A program made the translations under genes and the position numbers. 64,000 nt of DNA, from assembly GCF_006345805.1 (NCBI RefSeq), contig NC_042998.1, forward strand, positions 22,072,001 to 22,136,000. The letters run 5' to 3'. The notes under the pieces are model-generated. The model ran no database searches, was not told the DNA's origin, and saw nothing but the letters and a program-made list of their open reading frames with translations. Source of the stretch: Octopus sinensis. Its lineage: Eukaryota. This document shows, one piece after another, positions 49,500 through 61,639 of the stretch (position 1 is the stretch's first letter; each line of letters opens with the position of its first letter).

Positions 49500-49640
49500 C
49501 GATGATGATGATGATTTATATACATGTATGTATATACATATATGTGTGTGTGTATATATATATATGTGTGTGTGTATATACATATGTATGTATATATATA
49601 TCTGCATATATATATGTATATATATATGTATATATATATA

Positions 49641-49699
<59 letters not shown>

Positions 49700-50205
49700 T
49701 TATATATGTATATATATGTGTGTGTGTGTATATATATATATGTATATATAGACATATGCACATAGACACACATGCACACACGCACATATATGTATGCATA
49801 TATGCACACATACACACATATATACATACATGTATGTGTGTGCATCTGTGTATGTGTGTGTGTGTCTTTGGACGTATATCAGTGTGGGATGGCCAGTGAA
49901 AATTGTTACACCAAACTGGGATGTATATCTCGCTGGTATTTAGTTACGTTTCAGTTGCTCTCTCTTCATGCCAAGCTTGATTTGCCTTTTGTGTTTCTTC
50001 GAGGAATCTTAAGATCAATGAAATATATTCACCAGCAAAGTATAGTATGGCGGGGTGGGGGTGGGGGGTGATTTAGATATATCTACCTGGCTGACCGAAA
50101 CTCTTCGTGCTTGGCCAAAATCAAATCACTGAAATCGGTAAGCAAGTAAAAGAAGAAACCACACACACACACACAAAATAAAATACATTAACTCCTATAT
50201 ATATA

Positions 50206-50237
<32 letters not shown>

Positions 50238-51254
50238 CACATGTATACACATGTATATATAATATATATATATACTATATATATACATATATACACATGT
50301 TATTATATATATACATATATATACACATATACATAAGTGTATGTAGATATATATATAATACACATATACATAAGTATATAATATATACACATATACATAA
50401 GTATATATATATATATATACCACACATATATATATACACCACATATATCACCACATATATATATACACACATATATATATACATATCATATATCCACACA
50501 CACACATTGTATATATATATATATATGTAATATATATATATATATACACACATGTATATATATACACATATATATACATATATGTATATATATGTATGTA
50601 CTAAGTGTTAAAACACTGCTTTAGCGTCACTTCAAGTTAACTATGGGCACTTGGGTGCTTTTTATTTCCACAGTAAAAATTTCTAATTGATTAATGATAT
50701 ATCACAGAGTAGAAGTCGCCGTTCAGACACTAAATCTACCCATTTTGACCTAAGTTATGTATGTGTGCTGGCTATTGGTACTAGATCACTGTCAAAGATT
50801 TCCATTAAATAAAATACAAATTACAGGTTTTTTTAAATGTGTAGTTATAGTGGAACCAGAATAAAACCGATTTCTCTCTCTCTAGGATTTGTCAATAACT
50901 ACATTTTGCATGAGATGATGCACTTACTGAGAGACTAATATATCTCACTAGTGTACCGAAAAGAGAGAGAGAGAAAAAAAAAACATTTATGTTGAAAATA
51001 AAAGTACAAAAAGACTATATATATATATATAGATAAAATGTATAAATATATATATAAATATATATAAATATATATATTATATTATATATAGATAAATATA
51101 TATATATATTATAGAAAATATATATATATATATATAGATAAATATATATATATATTATATATATATATATATAATAAGATAAATATATTATATATATATT
51201 ATATATATATATATATATATAGAGAATATATAATATATATATATTATTAGATAG

Positions 51255-51285
<31 letters not shown>

Positions 51286-51650
51286 GATAAATATATATAT
51301 ATTATATATATAATTATATATATAGATAAATAATATATATATATATATATATATATAGATAAATAGAGATATATATATATATAATAGATAAAAAAAAATA
51401 TACATATATATATATAGAGAGATAAATATATATTAAATATATATATATAATATATATATATACACATATATATATATATTATAAATATATACATATATTT
51501 ATACATACATATATATATAAATATATATATGTGTATATATATAAATATATATATGTATATATATATAAATGTCTGTGTATATGTTTATTTATCTATGTAT
51601 ATAGATACATACTTATAAATATATATGTTTACATATTTATGCATACAATA
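49500..51650. repeat. Large (TA)n/(TG)n/(CA)n microsatellite blocks (49500-49870, 50160-50600, 51015-51650)
   Basis: Direct inspection; short unique spacers lie between blocks. Confidence 0.88.
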
Positions 51651-52863
51651 TATAAACACAAGCATATAAATAAATATGAGAAATTTTATATCCATTAACA
51701 GTTTTGAAGTGATAAAATATTTAATTATTTCTTCCACATAAAACACTTTATTTAAGAGAGGTCGGTATTATCGTAATGTCGTATCATCGATTAACCCAGC
51801 GCTTTGATACATTACAAGAATTCATCATATATTTCTGTTATTCTAGTAAAATAATATATTCAGTCTGGGACAGAGTTTCATTGGTATGCACTAAACAGAA
51901 TCTTTAATCCGAGGGTGATGACGTCATTTAATACCAAGTTTCAAATTTCATACAAACATACATGAATTTTTCAAAATGTTTTAATAGTTTGTCGTGTGGG
52001 TGTGCTGTCGAGGCTAGTCCAAGGTGGTGACTGGTTGAATTGATGAATGAAAATCTGTTTTTTGAGCTGAGCGTAGAAGTAACTGAACAACATCTGTGAA
52101 TGTTTAACTGAGGATTTTAATATCACACAGATAGACAAACTGCGTTGGCCTTTTACAGATAACGACAGCAATGATTACATACTAGGAGAGAGATACTGCT
52201 TGGAATTTGTGGTAATCTATTGATACAAGGACCTGCAGTTTGGGTCATCTGGTTGGTGAAAAATGTGTGTTGTTTGGTGTTGTATTTAATGAAGACATAT
52301 AGCACTCAGCTGCCTCAACAATCTGCAATTAATTACCACGAAAAGCAGTTTTTTATAGGGTGCAAAACAAGATACTAGAAGATTAAATCATGTGATGGTT
52401 TGACACTGTTTGGGTGCTTAATAAACTGATCATGTGAAACTAATGTGGCTTGGTCGTGATGTCTGACTGGTTACCTTGAGGGTCAGCTTAGAATCTCTGC
52501 TTCAAGTTATTTTTTTTTGCCTTTGCTTTTAGTTTGGACTCAGTTCTCTGCTCAATGCAAATATAATAATGACATAGGCTCAGAGGTTGCTGATTGAGGA
52601 ATTTTTCAATTGGCATTCCAAGCATGACCATTCACATTCACCTTGCTTTTAAGGTTAACTTAGTTTAATTGTTAGAGAGAGGGAGAGGGAGAGAGAGAGA
52701 GGCAGAAAAAGAGAAATGGCTCCTTATTGATAAAGGTTAGATGGCTCCTCTCTCTTACTAACACAGTCTAGACCGGTCCTCTTATATGTACAGTAATGAT
52801 CTATCTACCTACCTGTCTGTCTGTCTGTCTATGGAGAGGAGGTGGAGATGATGATAATGATAT

Positions 52864-53272
52864 CTCTTTTACTCTTTTACTTGTTTCGGTCATTTGACTG
52901 TGGCCATGCTGGAGCACCACCTTTAGTTGAGCAAATTGACCCCAGGACTTATTCTTTGTAAGCCTAGTACTTATTCTATTGGTCTCTTTTGCTGAACTGC
53001 TAAGTTACGGAGATGTAAACACAATAGCAACGGTTGTCACAGACACACAAACAAATACACACACACACATTCATATAAATATATATATTTATATATATAT
53101 ACATATATATGACGGGCTTCTTTCAGTTTCCATCTACCAAATCCACTCACAAGGCTTTGGTTGGCCCGAGGCTATAGTAGAAGACACTTGCCTAAGGTGC
53201 CACGCGGTGGGACTGAACCCGGAACCATGTGGTTGGTAAGCAAGCTACTTACCACACAGCCACTCCTACGCC
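52864..53272 (-). mobile_element. SINE family A, near full length
   Basis: Matches 1236-1646. Confidence 0.9.
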
Positions 53273-53802
53273 TATCTGTTTATATTCTGAGTTTAAATGC
53301 CGCCCTGGTTCACTTTTGTGATTTGCTCAACCGAGGTTGATAAAATAAATTTCAGGATTGCTGTTACACACAATATCACAGAAGGTGATGTATTAGTGAG
53401 GTCACAGTTCAAAGAATAAAAGAATTAAAGAATTACAGACTAAAAGAGATAGTGATGTTGTGGAATCAAAATTGAAGGATTCACTCTAAGTTCTTTGTGC
53501 CACAGTATAAGAATTTAAATGATTGCACAGTTTCGAAGACATTTCTTATTTTTTCTATTTTTTCTTTTCGTCAGAATTTGCTAAATTTGCCATCATGATA
53601 ATGTGAAGAAATGACCATTAAGAAAATGGATTTTAATTTGCATAGCGTGATGTAATTTGCATACTGGTGTTAGTTTAACAACAATTAGGAATTACTTGTA
53701 CACCAACAATTATCGTATGGAAAAATGTCAACGAGTAAAAGCCAAAAATAATAAACAACAGACAAAATTTGTTATTCCGAAATGTATTGTTTTTAAGCTT
53801 CA

Positions 53803-54062
53803 CCATCATCATCATCATCGTTTAACGTCCGTTTTCCATGCTAGCATGGGTTGGACTGTTCAACCGGGGTCTGGGAAGCCAGGAGGCTGCACTAGGCCCC
53901 AGTCTGATCTGGCAGTTTCTACAGCTGGATGCTCTTCCTAATGCCAACCACTCCGTGAGTGTAGTGGGTGCTTTTTACGTGCCACTGGCACAGGTGCCAG
54001 GTGAGGCTGGCAATGGCCCTGATTGGATGGTGCTTTTTACATGCCACCGGCACTGGTATCAC
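53803..54062 (-). mobile_element. Family C element
   Basis: CATCATCATCGTTTAACGTCCGTTTTCCATGCTAGCATGGG... Confidence 0.88.
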
Positions 54063-54301
54063 AACTACAATTTCCATTGATTTTTTGATCGATTTCAATT
54101 TCGCTTGCCTCAACAGGTCTTCGCAAGCAAAGTTTCAAATAAGTAATTTCATTGCGGATTGAAAACTTGCAACTACGCCTATAAGTTGTTGGTACAGCCA
54201 TGGCTGTGTGGTTAGAAGTTTGCTTCCCAACCACATGGTTCTGGGTTCAGTTCCACTCCTTGGAAACTTCAGCAGCTGTCATTTACTATAACCTTGGACA
54301 G

Positions 54302-54839
54302 ACCAAAGCCTTATGAGTGGATTTGGTAGACGGAAACTGAAAGGAGTCTATCGTGTATACATATCGTTTCTTTTACTTGTTACTGTCATTTGACTGAGGC
54401 CATGCTGGAGCACCACCTCTAGTTAAACATTGGGTCAACCAAAGCCTTGTGAGTGGATTTGGTAGACGGAAACTGAAAGGAGTCTATCGTGTATACATAT
54501 CGTTTCTTTTACTTGTTACTGTCATTTGACTGAGGCCATGCTGGAGCACCACCTCTAGTTAAACATTGGGTCAACCAAAGCCTTGTGAGTGGATTTGGTA
54601 GACGGAAACTGAAAGGAGTCCATTGTATATACATATTGTTTCTTTTACTTGTTACTGTCTTTTGACTGCGGCCATGCTGGAGCACCACCTTTAGTTAAAC
54701 ATTGGGCCAACCAAAGCCTTGTGAGTGGATTTGGTAGACGGAAACTGAAAGGAGTCCATCGTATATACATTCTTTTTCTTGTTACTGTCATTTGACTGCA
54801 GCCATGCTGGAGCACCACCTTTAGTTAAACATTAGGCTA
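54302..54839. repeat. 136-bp tandem repeat x4 built from two oppositely oriented SINE A pieces, inside a SINE A copy (about 54192-55030)
   Basis: ACCAAAGCC at 54302, 54438, 54574, 54710 and 54840. Confidence 0.92.
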
Positions 54840-55267
54840 ACCAAAGCCTTGTGAGTGGATTTGGTTGATGGAAACTGAAAGAAGCCTGTCGTATGTTTAT
54901 ATAGGTGTGTGTCTTTGTATCTCTGTTTGTCCTCCACCAAGCATCAGTTGTCAGGCTTCTTTCAGTTTCCTGACAACCAATGCTGGTGTTTTTACATCCC
55001 TGTAACTTTGCAGTTCAGTAAAAGAGACCAAATCTGGCAAACGAAGCCAAATCTGGCCAGGTGAAACACAAAACAGGTAAAATGTTGTGGCTGGATGTGG
55101 CTGGTTTAAATGCTAAAAGGTTAATAAACTTTGTCCAACCCAAGAAGGGTGGAAAATGGGTGTGAAAGCAATGATGATGGCCTTATAATCAGTCCTTCTA
55201 TTGGTGCAGGTGGTAGTGGTGGGGGTACTTAACTGATCCCAGTACTTAACTGGTACTTATTTCATTG

Positions 55268-55612
55268 GTGAAGGCACATGGCTCAGTGGTTAGAGCATCA
55301 GGTTCACAATCATGAGGTAGTGAGTTCAATTCCTGGATCTATCTGTGTGTTGTGTTCTTGAGCAAGACACTCTATTTTATGTTGCTCCAGTTCGCTGATC
55401 TGGATAAATCAGTTGCAGCATCATTACTGGTGCCAAGCTGTATCGGCCCCTTTGCCTTTCCCTTGGATAACATCGGTGGCATGGCGAGAAGAGTCTGGTA
55501 TGGGTGACAGCTGGGTCTTTCATAAAACAACCTTGCCTGGACTTGTGCCTTGGAGGGGAACTTTCTAGGTGCAATCCCATGGTCATTTATGACTGAAGTG
55601 GTGTTTTTACCT
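55268..55612 (+). mobile_element. tRNA-derived SINE (E-like head, distinct 3' half)
   Basis: GGTGAAGGCACATGGCTCAGTGGTTAGAGC...GAGTTCAATTCC...TTCTTGAGCAAGACAC. Confidence 0.8.
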
Positions 55613-55676
55613 TTTATTTCCTCAACCCCGAAACGATGTGGCAAAGTCAATCCTTGGTGGTATTTAAACTCAATAT

Positions 55677-56470
55677 AAGGTGGCAAGCTGGCAGAAACGT
55701 TAGCACGCCGGGCAAAATGCCTAGCGGTATTTCGTCTGCTGTTACGTTCTGGGTTCAAATTCCGCCGAGGTCGACTTTGCCTTTTATCCTTTCGGGGTCG
55801 ATTAACTAAGTACTAGTTACGCAAGGCAAAGTCGGCCTCGGCGGAATTTGAACACAGAACGTAGCGGCAGACGAAATACCTATTTCTTTACTACCCACAA
55901 GAGGCTAAACACAGAGGGGACAAAGAAGGACAGACAAACGGATTAAGTCGATTATATCGACTCCAGTGCGTAACTGGTACTTATTTAATTGACCCCGAAA
56001 GGATGAAAGGCAAAGTCGACCTCGGCGGAATTTGAACTCAGAACGTAATGACTGATGAAATACCTATTTCTTTACTACCCACAAGGGACAAACAGAGAGG
56101 ACAAACAAGGACAGACAAACAGATTAAGTCGATTATATCGACTCCAGTGTGTAACTGGTACTTATTTAATCGACTCCGAAAGGATGAAACTAAGTACTAG
56201 TTACGCACTGGGGTCGATGTAATCGACTTAACCCCTTTGTCTGTCCTTGTTTGTCCTCTCTGTGTTTAGCCCCTTGTGGGTAGTAAAGAAATAGGTATTT
56301 CGTCTGCTGTTACGTCCTGAGTTCAAATACCGCCGTGGTTGACTTTGCCTTTCACACTTTCGGGGTCGATACGCACTGGGTTTGATGTAATCGACTTAAT
56401 CCGTTTGTCTGTCCTTGTTTGTCCCCTCTGTGTGTAGCCCCTTGTGGGTAGTAAAGAAATAGGTATTTGA
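55677..56470. mobile_element. SINE B multimer with an inverted dimer inserted (55824-56187)
   Basis: + units flank two minus units; AACTAAGTACTAGTTACGCA is duplicated at 55804-55823 and 56188-56207. Confidence 0.9.
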
Positions 56471-57049
56471 ACTCAAAATGTAAAAACCAGACGAAACGGC
56501 ACTAAACATTTCATCCGACACATTCACAATTCTACCAGCTTGCCACCATAATGGAAGCTGGTCTTATAATGGAAAGAATCTCAACAAATATATCTAAATT
56601 TCTCTGCAAGCATAGTATTTTCGCTTAGATGCCTAAATATATAATTAACTTTATTAATATATTTTTTTTCCTCTCCATCTTACAATTTTACAAATGTTAC
56701 CGCCTGTTGTTTTAAGGCTTCAATTTATGCACGGCTAAAATGATACAAATATTTATATCCTTCTTCTTGTAATAATGGCACCGTTGGAAGATTTTAATGC
56801 TATAGAACACCATTTGCAATTAGGTATTAACATTGTACTCATTGTTCTAGAGGCACGGTTTCTTAAGAATCATTCCATCAATGTAAAATGTAAGATATAA
56901 TTTAAATACGATTCTCCCACATAGTGTATTGAATGGAGATTGAACGTGATAAATTTCATATTGATAAACCATTGTTATTATCTCTTGGCATTTAAAGCAC
57001 CTAATCTGATTGTTTGAGCGTTACAGTCCCATATTTCATTTAACCGTTA

Positions 57050-57190
57050 CCTACTGCTGCTGTTTGGTACATCTACCACTGCGACTACTGGTGGCGGCGC
57101 GACTGTCGTCACTGCTGCTGCTGCTGCTACTACTACTGCTGCTGCTGCTACTACTACTACTACTAATAGCAGCAACAGCACCACCAACAT

Positions 57191-57224
<34 letters not shown>

Positions 57225-57588
57225 ACTACTACTGCTAACAGCAGCAACAGCCCACCACCACCACCACTACTACTACTACTGCTGCTGCTGCTGCTACTAC
57301 TACTACTAACAGCAGCAGCACCGCCTACACCACCACCACCACCGTTCCTACTGCTATTACCACTGCTGTTGTTGCTGCTGCTACTACTACTACTACTACT
57401 ATTACTACTACAACTGGCAGCAGCAGCACTACCACTACCACCATCACCACTACTACCATAGCCACCACAACCACCACTACTATTACTTTAACCACATTTA
57501 CTACCACCCCAACTGTTACCACTAACTCTATCATAAAAATGACCCCTGCCAATAATTGCCATCACCACCACTGTCCCTACCACTACTG

Positions 57589-57640
<52 letters not shown>

Positions 57641-58180
57641 CACAATTTCCATCATTGTCAATCCCTCCTCCATCTCTGTTGTTGGCCTTTATCTTCGTTT
57701 GCAAACTCTATCATTAACATCCTCTCTCTCTCTCTCTCTTTCTCTCTTCCTCCTTTTTTTCCTTCTGCTAATCTGAATCATTGTTCTTCTTGTTGTTATC
57801 ATTGTCGTCCTCATTATCGGTGTCGTCATGGTAACAATTAGGCTCTGCGTTTTTATCAAAGCCACCATCACCCTTTATCATCATCTTCATCATTTCTAAT
57901 CACCATCATCATCATCATCATCGTCGTCGTCGTTGTCATCACCATCACCATCACCATCACCATCATCATTGTAATCATTATTCTTCATTGTCATCATCAT
58001 CATCATTACAATCCCAGCCACCAGCATCATCACTGCCATCATCACCCCACTCACCACCATCGTCATCATTATCATAGTCATCACAATCATCGCTACAACC
58101 ACCACCACCACCCTCACCACCACCACCATCGTCATCATTATCATTCGTTATTGTTATTCTTTATCATTGTCATCATGTTT
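57050..58180. repeat. (CTG/CTA/CAC)n and (ATC)n trinucleotide blocks
   Basis: Direct inspection. Confidence 0.92.
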
Positions 58181-58623
58181 TTGTTATCATTGGTAATTCG
58201 TGATCTGTTTTTATTTCATTCCGAAATAAAGGGATAATTAGAATTATATATACATATATATACATGTGTGTATATTTGTTCCTTTATTACTCATTATTAC
58301 ATGGAAACGAAGAATACCAGTGGATTTGTAAAATTGGAAGAAAAAACAGATAAAATAAAATAAAATATATATATAAAAAAACTACCTTGCAATATTTTTT
58401 CCACATCAAGTTGTTAAATTCAAATCCGATAGGCATCAACTTTCTCTTTCACTCTTACCGGGGGGGCATGGGAAGGAGATAAATGGCGTACCAGTAAAAT
58501 ACTTGGGTTTGATGAGAATTGATTATCCTGTTCCCCCTCGAAATTTTCAGCCTTTTGCCTTTATGAGAAATAATTCTTTAAAATTTTAGAATTGCAAAAT
58601 TTTAAAATCTGAAAAGATAGTTA

Positions 58624-58945
58624 GATGCAGGCATGGCTGTATGGTAAGATGTTTGCTTCCCAACCACATGGTTCTGGGTTCAGTCCCACTGCATGGCACC
58701 CTGCATAAGTGTCTTCTACTTTAGCCTCAGGCTGACCAAAACCATGTGAGTGGATTTGATAGATGGAAACTGAAAGAAGCCCAGCATATATGTATGTGTG
58801 TATGCCTTTGTGTATGTGTGTGTGTCTTTGAGTCTGTGTTTGTCTGTCCACCCCCTATCCCCATCGCTTGACAACCAGTGTTGGTGTGTTTACATCACTG
58901 TAACTTACCAGTTCAGCAAAAGAGACCAATAGAATTAACTGCCAG
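58624..58945 (+). mobile_element. SINE family A, diverged and 3'-truncated
   Basis: Matches 19544 copy. Confidence 0.82.
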
Positions 58946-58979
58946 CCTTAAAGAAAAACAAAGAACAAAAATAAATATA

Positions 58980-59368
58980 GGCGCAGGAGTGGCTGTGTGG
59001 TAAGTTGCTTGCTTACCAACCACATGGTTCTGGGTTCAGTTTCACTGTCTGGCACCTTGGGTCAGTGTCGTCTACTATAGTCTTGGGCTACCAAAGCTTT
59101 GTGAGTGGATTTGGTAGACAGAAACTGAAAGAAGCCTGTCGGATATATGTATATATATATATGTTTGTGTGTCTGTGTCTGTGTTTGTCCCCCCAACTTC
59201 GCTTGACAACCGATGCTGGTGTGTTTACATCCCCGTCACGGAGTGGTTCGGCGAGACCGATAGAATAAGTACTTGGCTTACAAAGAATAGGTCCTGGGGT
59301 CAATTTGCTCGACTAAAGGGGGTGCTCCAGCATGGCCACAGTCACTTGACTGAAACAAATAAAAGAAC
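58980..59368 (+). mobile_element. SINE family A, full length
   Basis: Matches 19544 copy. Confidence 0.9.
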
Positions 59369-59611
59369 AAAAGAATTGGGGGTTGATTCGTTCAACTAAA
59401 AATTCTTCAAGACAGTGTTCCAGCATGGTCGCAGTTTAATAACTGAAACAAGTAAAAAAATAAAAAGATAAAAAGTTAATTAAAGACTCTTAACGATCAC
59501 TTTGCATAAATGAATAATAAAAGAAAATAAATTTTGTTCTATATTTCGGTAAAGAAAATTGCCCTGATTTTCAAGTAACTAACAGCAACAGAAGCCCTAT
59601 TAATTTTTTTT

Positions 59612-59917
59612 TTTATTTGTTTCAGTCATTTGACTGTGGCCATGCTGGAGCACCGCCTTTAGTCGAACAAACTGATCCCAGGACTTATTCTTTGTAAACC
59701 TAGTTACTTATTTTGTCTGTCTTTTTTGCCGAACTGCTAAGTTAAGGGGATGTAAACACACCAACATTGGTTGTCAAGCAATGGTGGTGGGGACAAACCC
59801 AGACACACACACCACTATCATTATATTCTGTTCCATTTTAACAAAACTGTCCGACGAACGGGAACGCGAAACTCTGAGTAACAGCTTTTGTTATATTTCT
59901 GCTGCTTTTAAATAAAG

Positions 59918-59958
<41 letters not shown>

Positions 59959-60102
59959 CTATATACAATGGGCTTCTTTCAGTTTCTGCCTATCAAGTTC
60001 ACTCACAAGGCTTTGGTCGGCCCGAGGCTATTGAGAAGATACTTGGCCAAGGTGTCATTCCATGGGACTGAACCCAGAACCATGTGGTTGGTAAGCAAGC
60101 TA
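59612..60102 (-). mobile_element. SINE family A in two pieces (3' half 59612-59810, 5' part 59950-60102) separated by other sequence
   Basis: Both pieces match 1236-1646 in order. Confidence 0.75.
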
Positions 60103-60498
60103 CCAAAAAGCAATCTTTATTGCCAACTCAAAATGTATGTAACGTTAAAGCACCGAATATTGTGTTATATACTTTGAGAAGACATCTCATATGAACTCAG
60201 TGCTAGCAATAAAAGCATGTGTGCTTTTATGCTCCATGGATCCACATAAGAGGGCTTCTCAAGGTAAATGACAGAATTCAGTGCTCTGACAAGACATCCA
60301 CTTGAAGATGGATTTAAAGATTGCCAGTTGGTATTAATATCACTTACCACTAATCCCACCTTCAAATCCCAATGTCAATTTTCTCTTTCATTTGTTCTGA
60401 TTTGATAAATACAGCAATAATCCAGTCTCTCTCTCTCATATATATATATATCTATATCTATCTATCTATCTATATATATATATATATATATATATAAT

Positions 60499-60778
60499 TT
60501 AGAAAAAAACCACTATTAAACAATTCAATAAAGAAAGATGTTATTCACACCATATAGAAAACATATACTACTAAAGAAAAAAATCTTATTTTAAATCAAT
60601 AAAGTAAAATAAACAGTAAACAGTAGTAAAAAGACTATGCACATTTCAAATAGATAATAATAATAAAATCAATTTGATTCAAATTTAAATCAAACTAAAA
60701 ATTAATTCTATTTAAAAATATAGTCACTCATCAGGTCTAAGATAATAAATAATATATATAATATATAATGGAATAATT
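60499..60778 (-). mobile_element. Second copy of the 32471-32757 micro-element
   Basis: Colinear match. Confidence 0.85.
60632..60738 (-). ncRNA. Minimal type I hammerhead motif with extended stem II (base of stem II deleted)
   Basis: AGAC-CTGATGA-...-GAAA-TGTGCA-TA-GTCT; stem I AGAC/GTCT is perfect. Confidence 0.55.
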
Positions 60779-60790
60779 GTGTAAAAATTG

Positions 60791-61040
60791 TGGGTAAGGC
60801 CAAAACAATGCAAAGTAAATGACAAGTAAATCACAAGAAAACAAATATGTTAATGAATGTAGACTTACTTTGTATTCAATATTTCAGAGTTATGACCCCA
60901 TTTTCAAGAAACTGACGATTGTTGCTGTCAGTTTCTTGAAAATTGGTTATAACCCCGAAATATTGAATACAAGGTAAGTGTACATTAATTCACATATTTC
61001 TTTTCTTGTGATTTACTTTGCATTGTTTTGGCCTTACCCA
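60791..61040. mobile_element. 250-bp fold-back element
   Basis: Arms TGGGTAAGGCCAAAACAATGCAAAG.../...CTTTGCATTGTTTTGGCCTTACCCA; 10-nt loop 60917-60926. Confidence 0.88.
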
Positions 61041-61044
61041 TGAT

Positions 61045-61076
<32 letters not shown>

Positions 61077-61080
<4 letters not shown>

Positions 61081-61307
61081 TCATCATCATCATCGTTTGG
61101 ACGATTTTGACTGAGGACTGGCGAACCAGATGGCTGCACCAGACTCCAATCTTGATTTGGCAGAGTTTCTACAGCTGGATGCCCTTCCTAACGCCAACCA
61201 CTCCGAGAGTGTAGTGGGTGCTTTTTACGTGTCACTGGCATGGAAGCCAGTTGGCTGCTCTGGCAACGATCATGCTTGGATGGTGCTCTTGGCACCCTAC
61301 TAGCACG

Positions 61308-61308
<1 letters not shown>
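61077..61308 (-). mobile_element. Family C element between (TA)n tracts
   Basis: (CAT)n...CTACAGCTGGATGCCCTTCCTAACGCCAACCACTCC. Confidence 0.85.
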
Positions 61309-61362
<54 letters not shown>

Positions 61363-61639
61363 GTCTCATGTAATTATTGCACTGTAAGGAGGGCTATTGG
61401 GTACCATTCACAGTGTTGATTTCTCCAGCAGTGAAGCAGGGTTGAGGAAAGGGATCTAGCAACTTCTTTTCACAGGAAAGCCTAAAACACCATAGAACTG
61501 TCCCAAGACAGCTCACTGTGCAATACACAGCATGACATAACTACCACCACCAACACAATAACAACAATAATAATAATGATAATAATTATTTGTACTCCAG
61601 GCACCAGGCCTTGAAAATCTTTCGGGGTAAGGGGTAAGG

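Noticed and set aside
60178-60350. Possible small exons (+ strand 60178-60263 ending CAAG|GTAAAT; - strand donor GTG|GTAAGT near 60347)
   Set aside because: Acceptors are weak, the minus-strand candidate has stops in all frames from the nearest plausible acceptor, and the peptides are unrecognisable.
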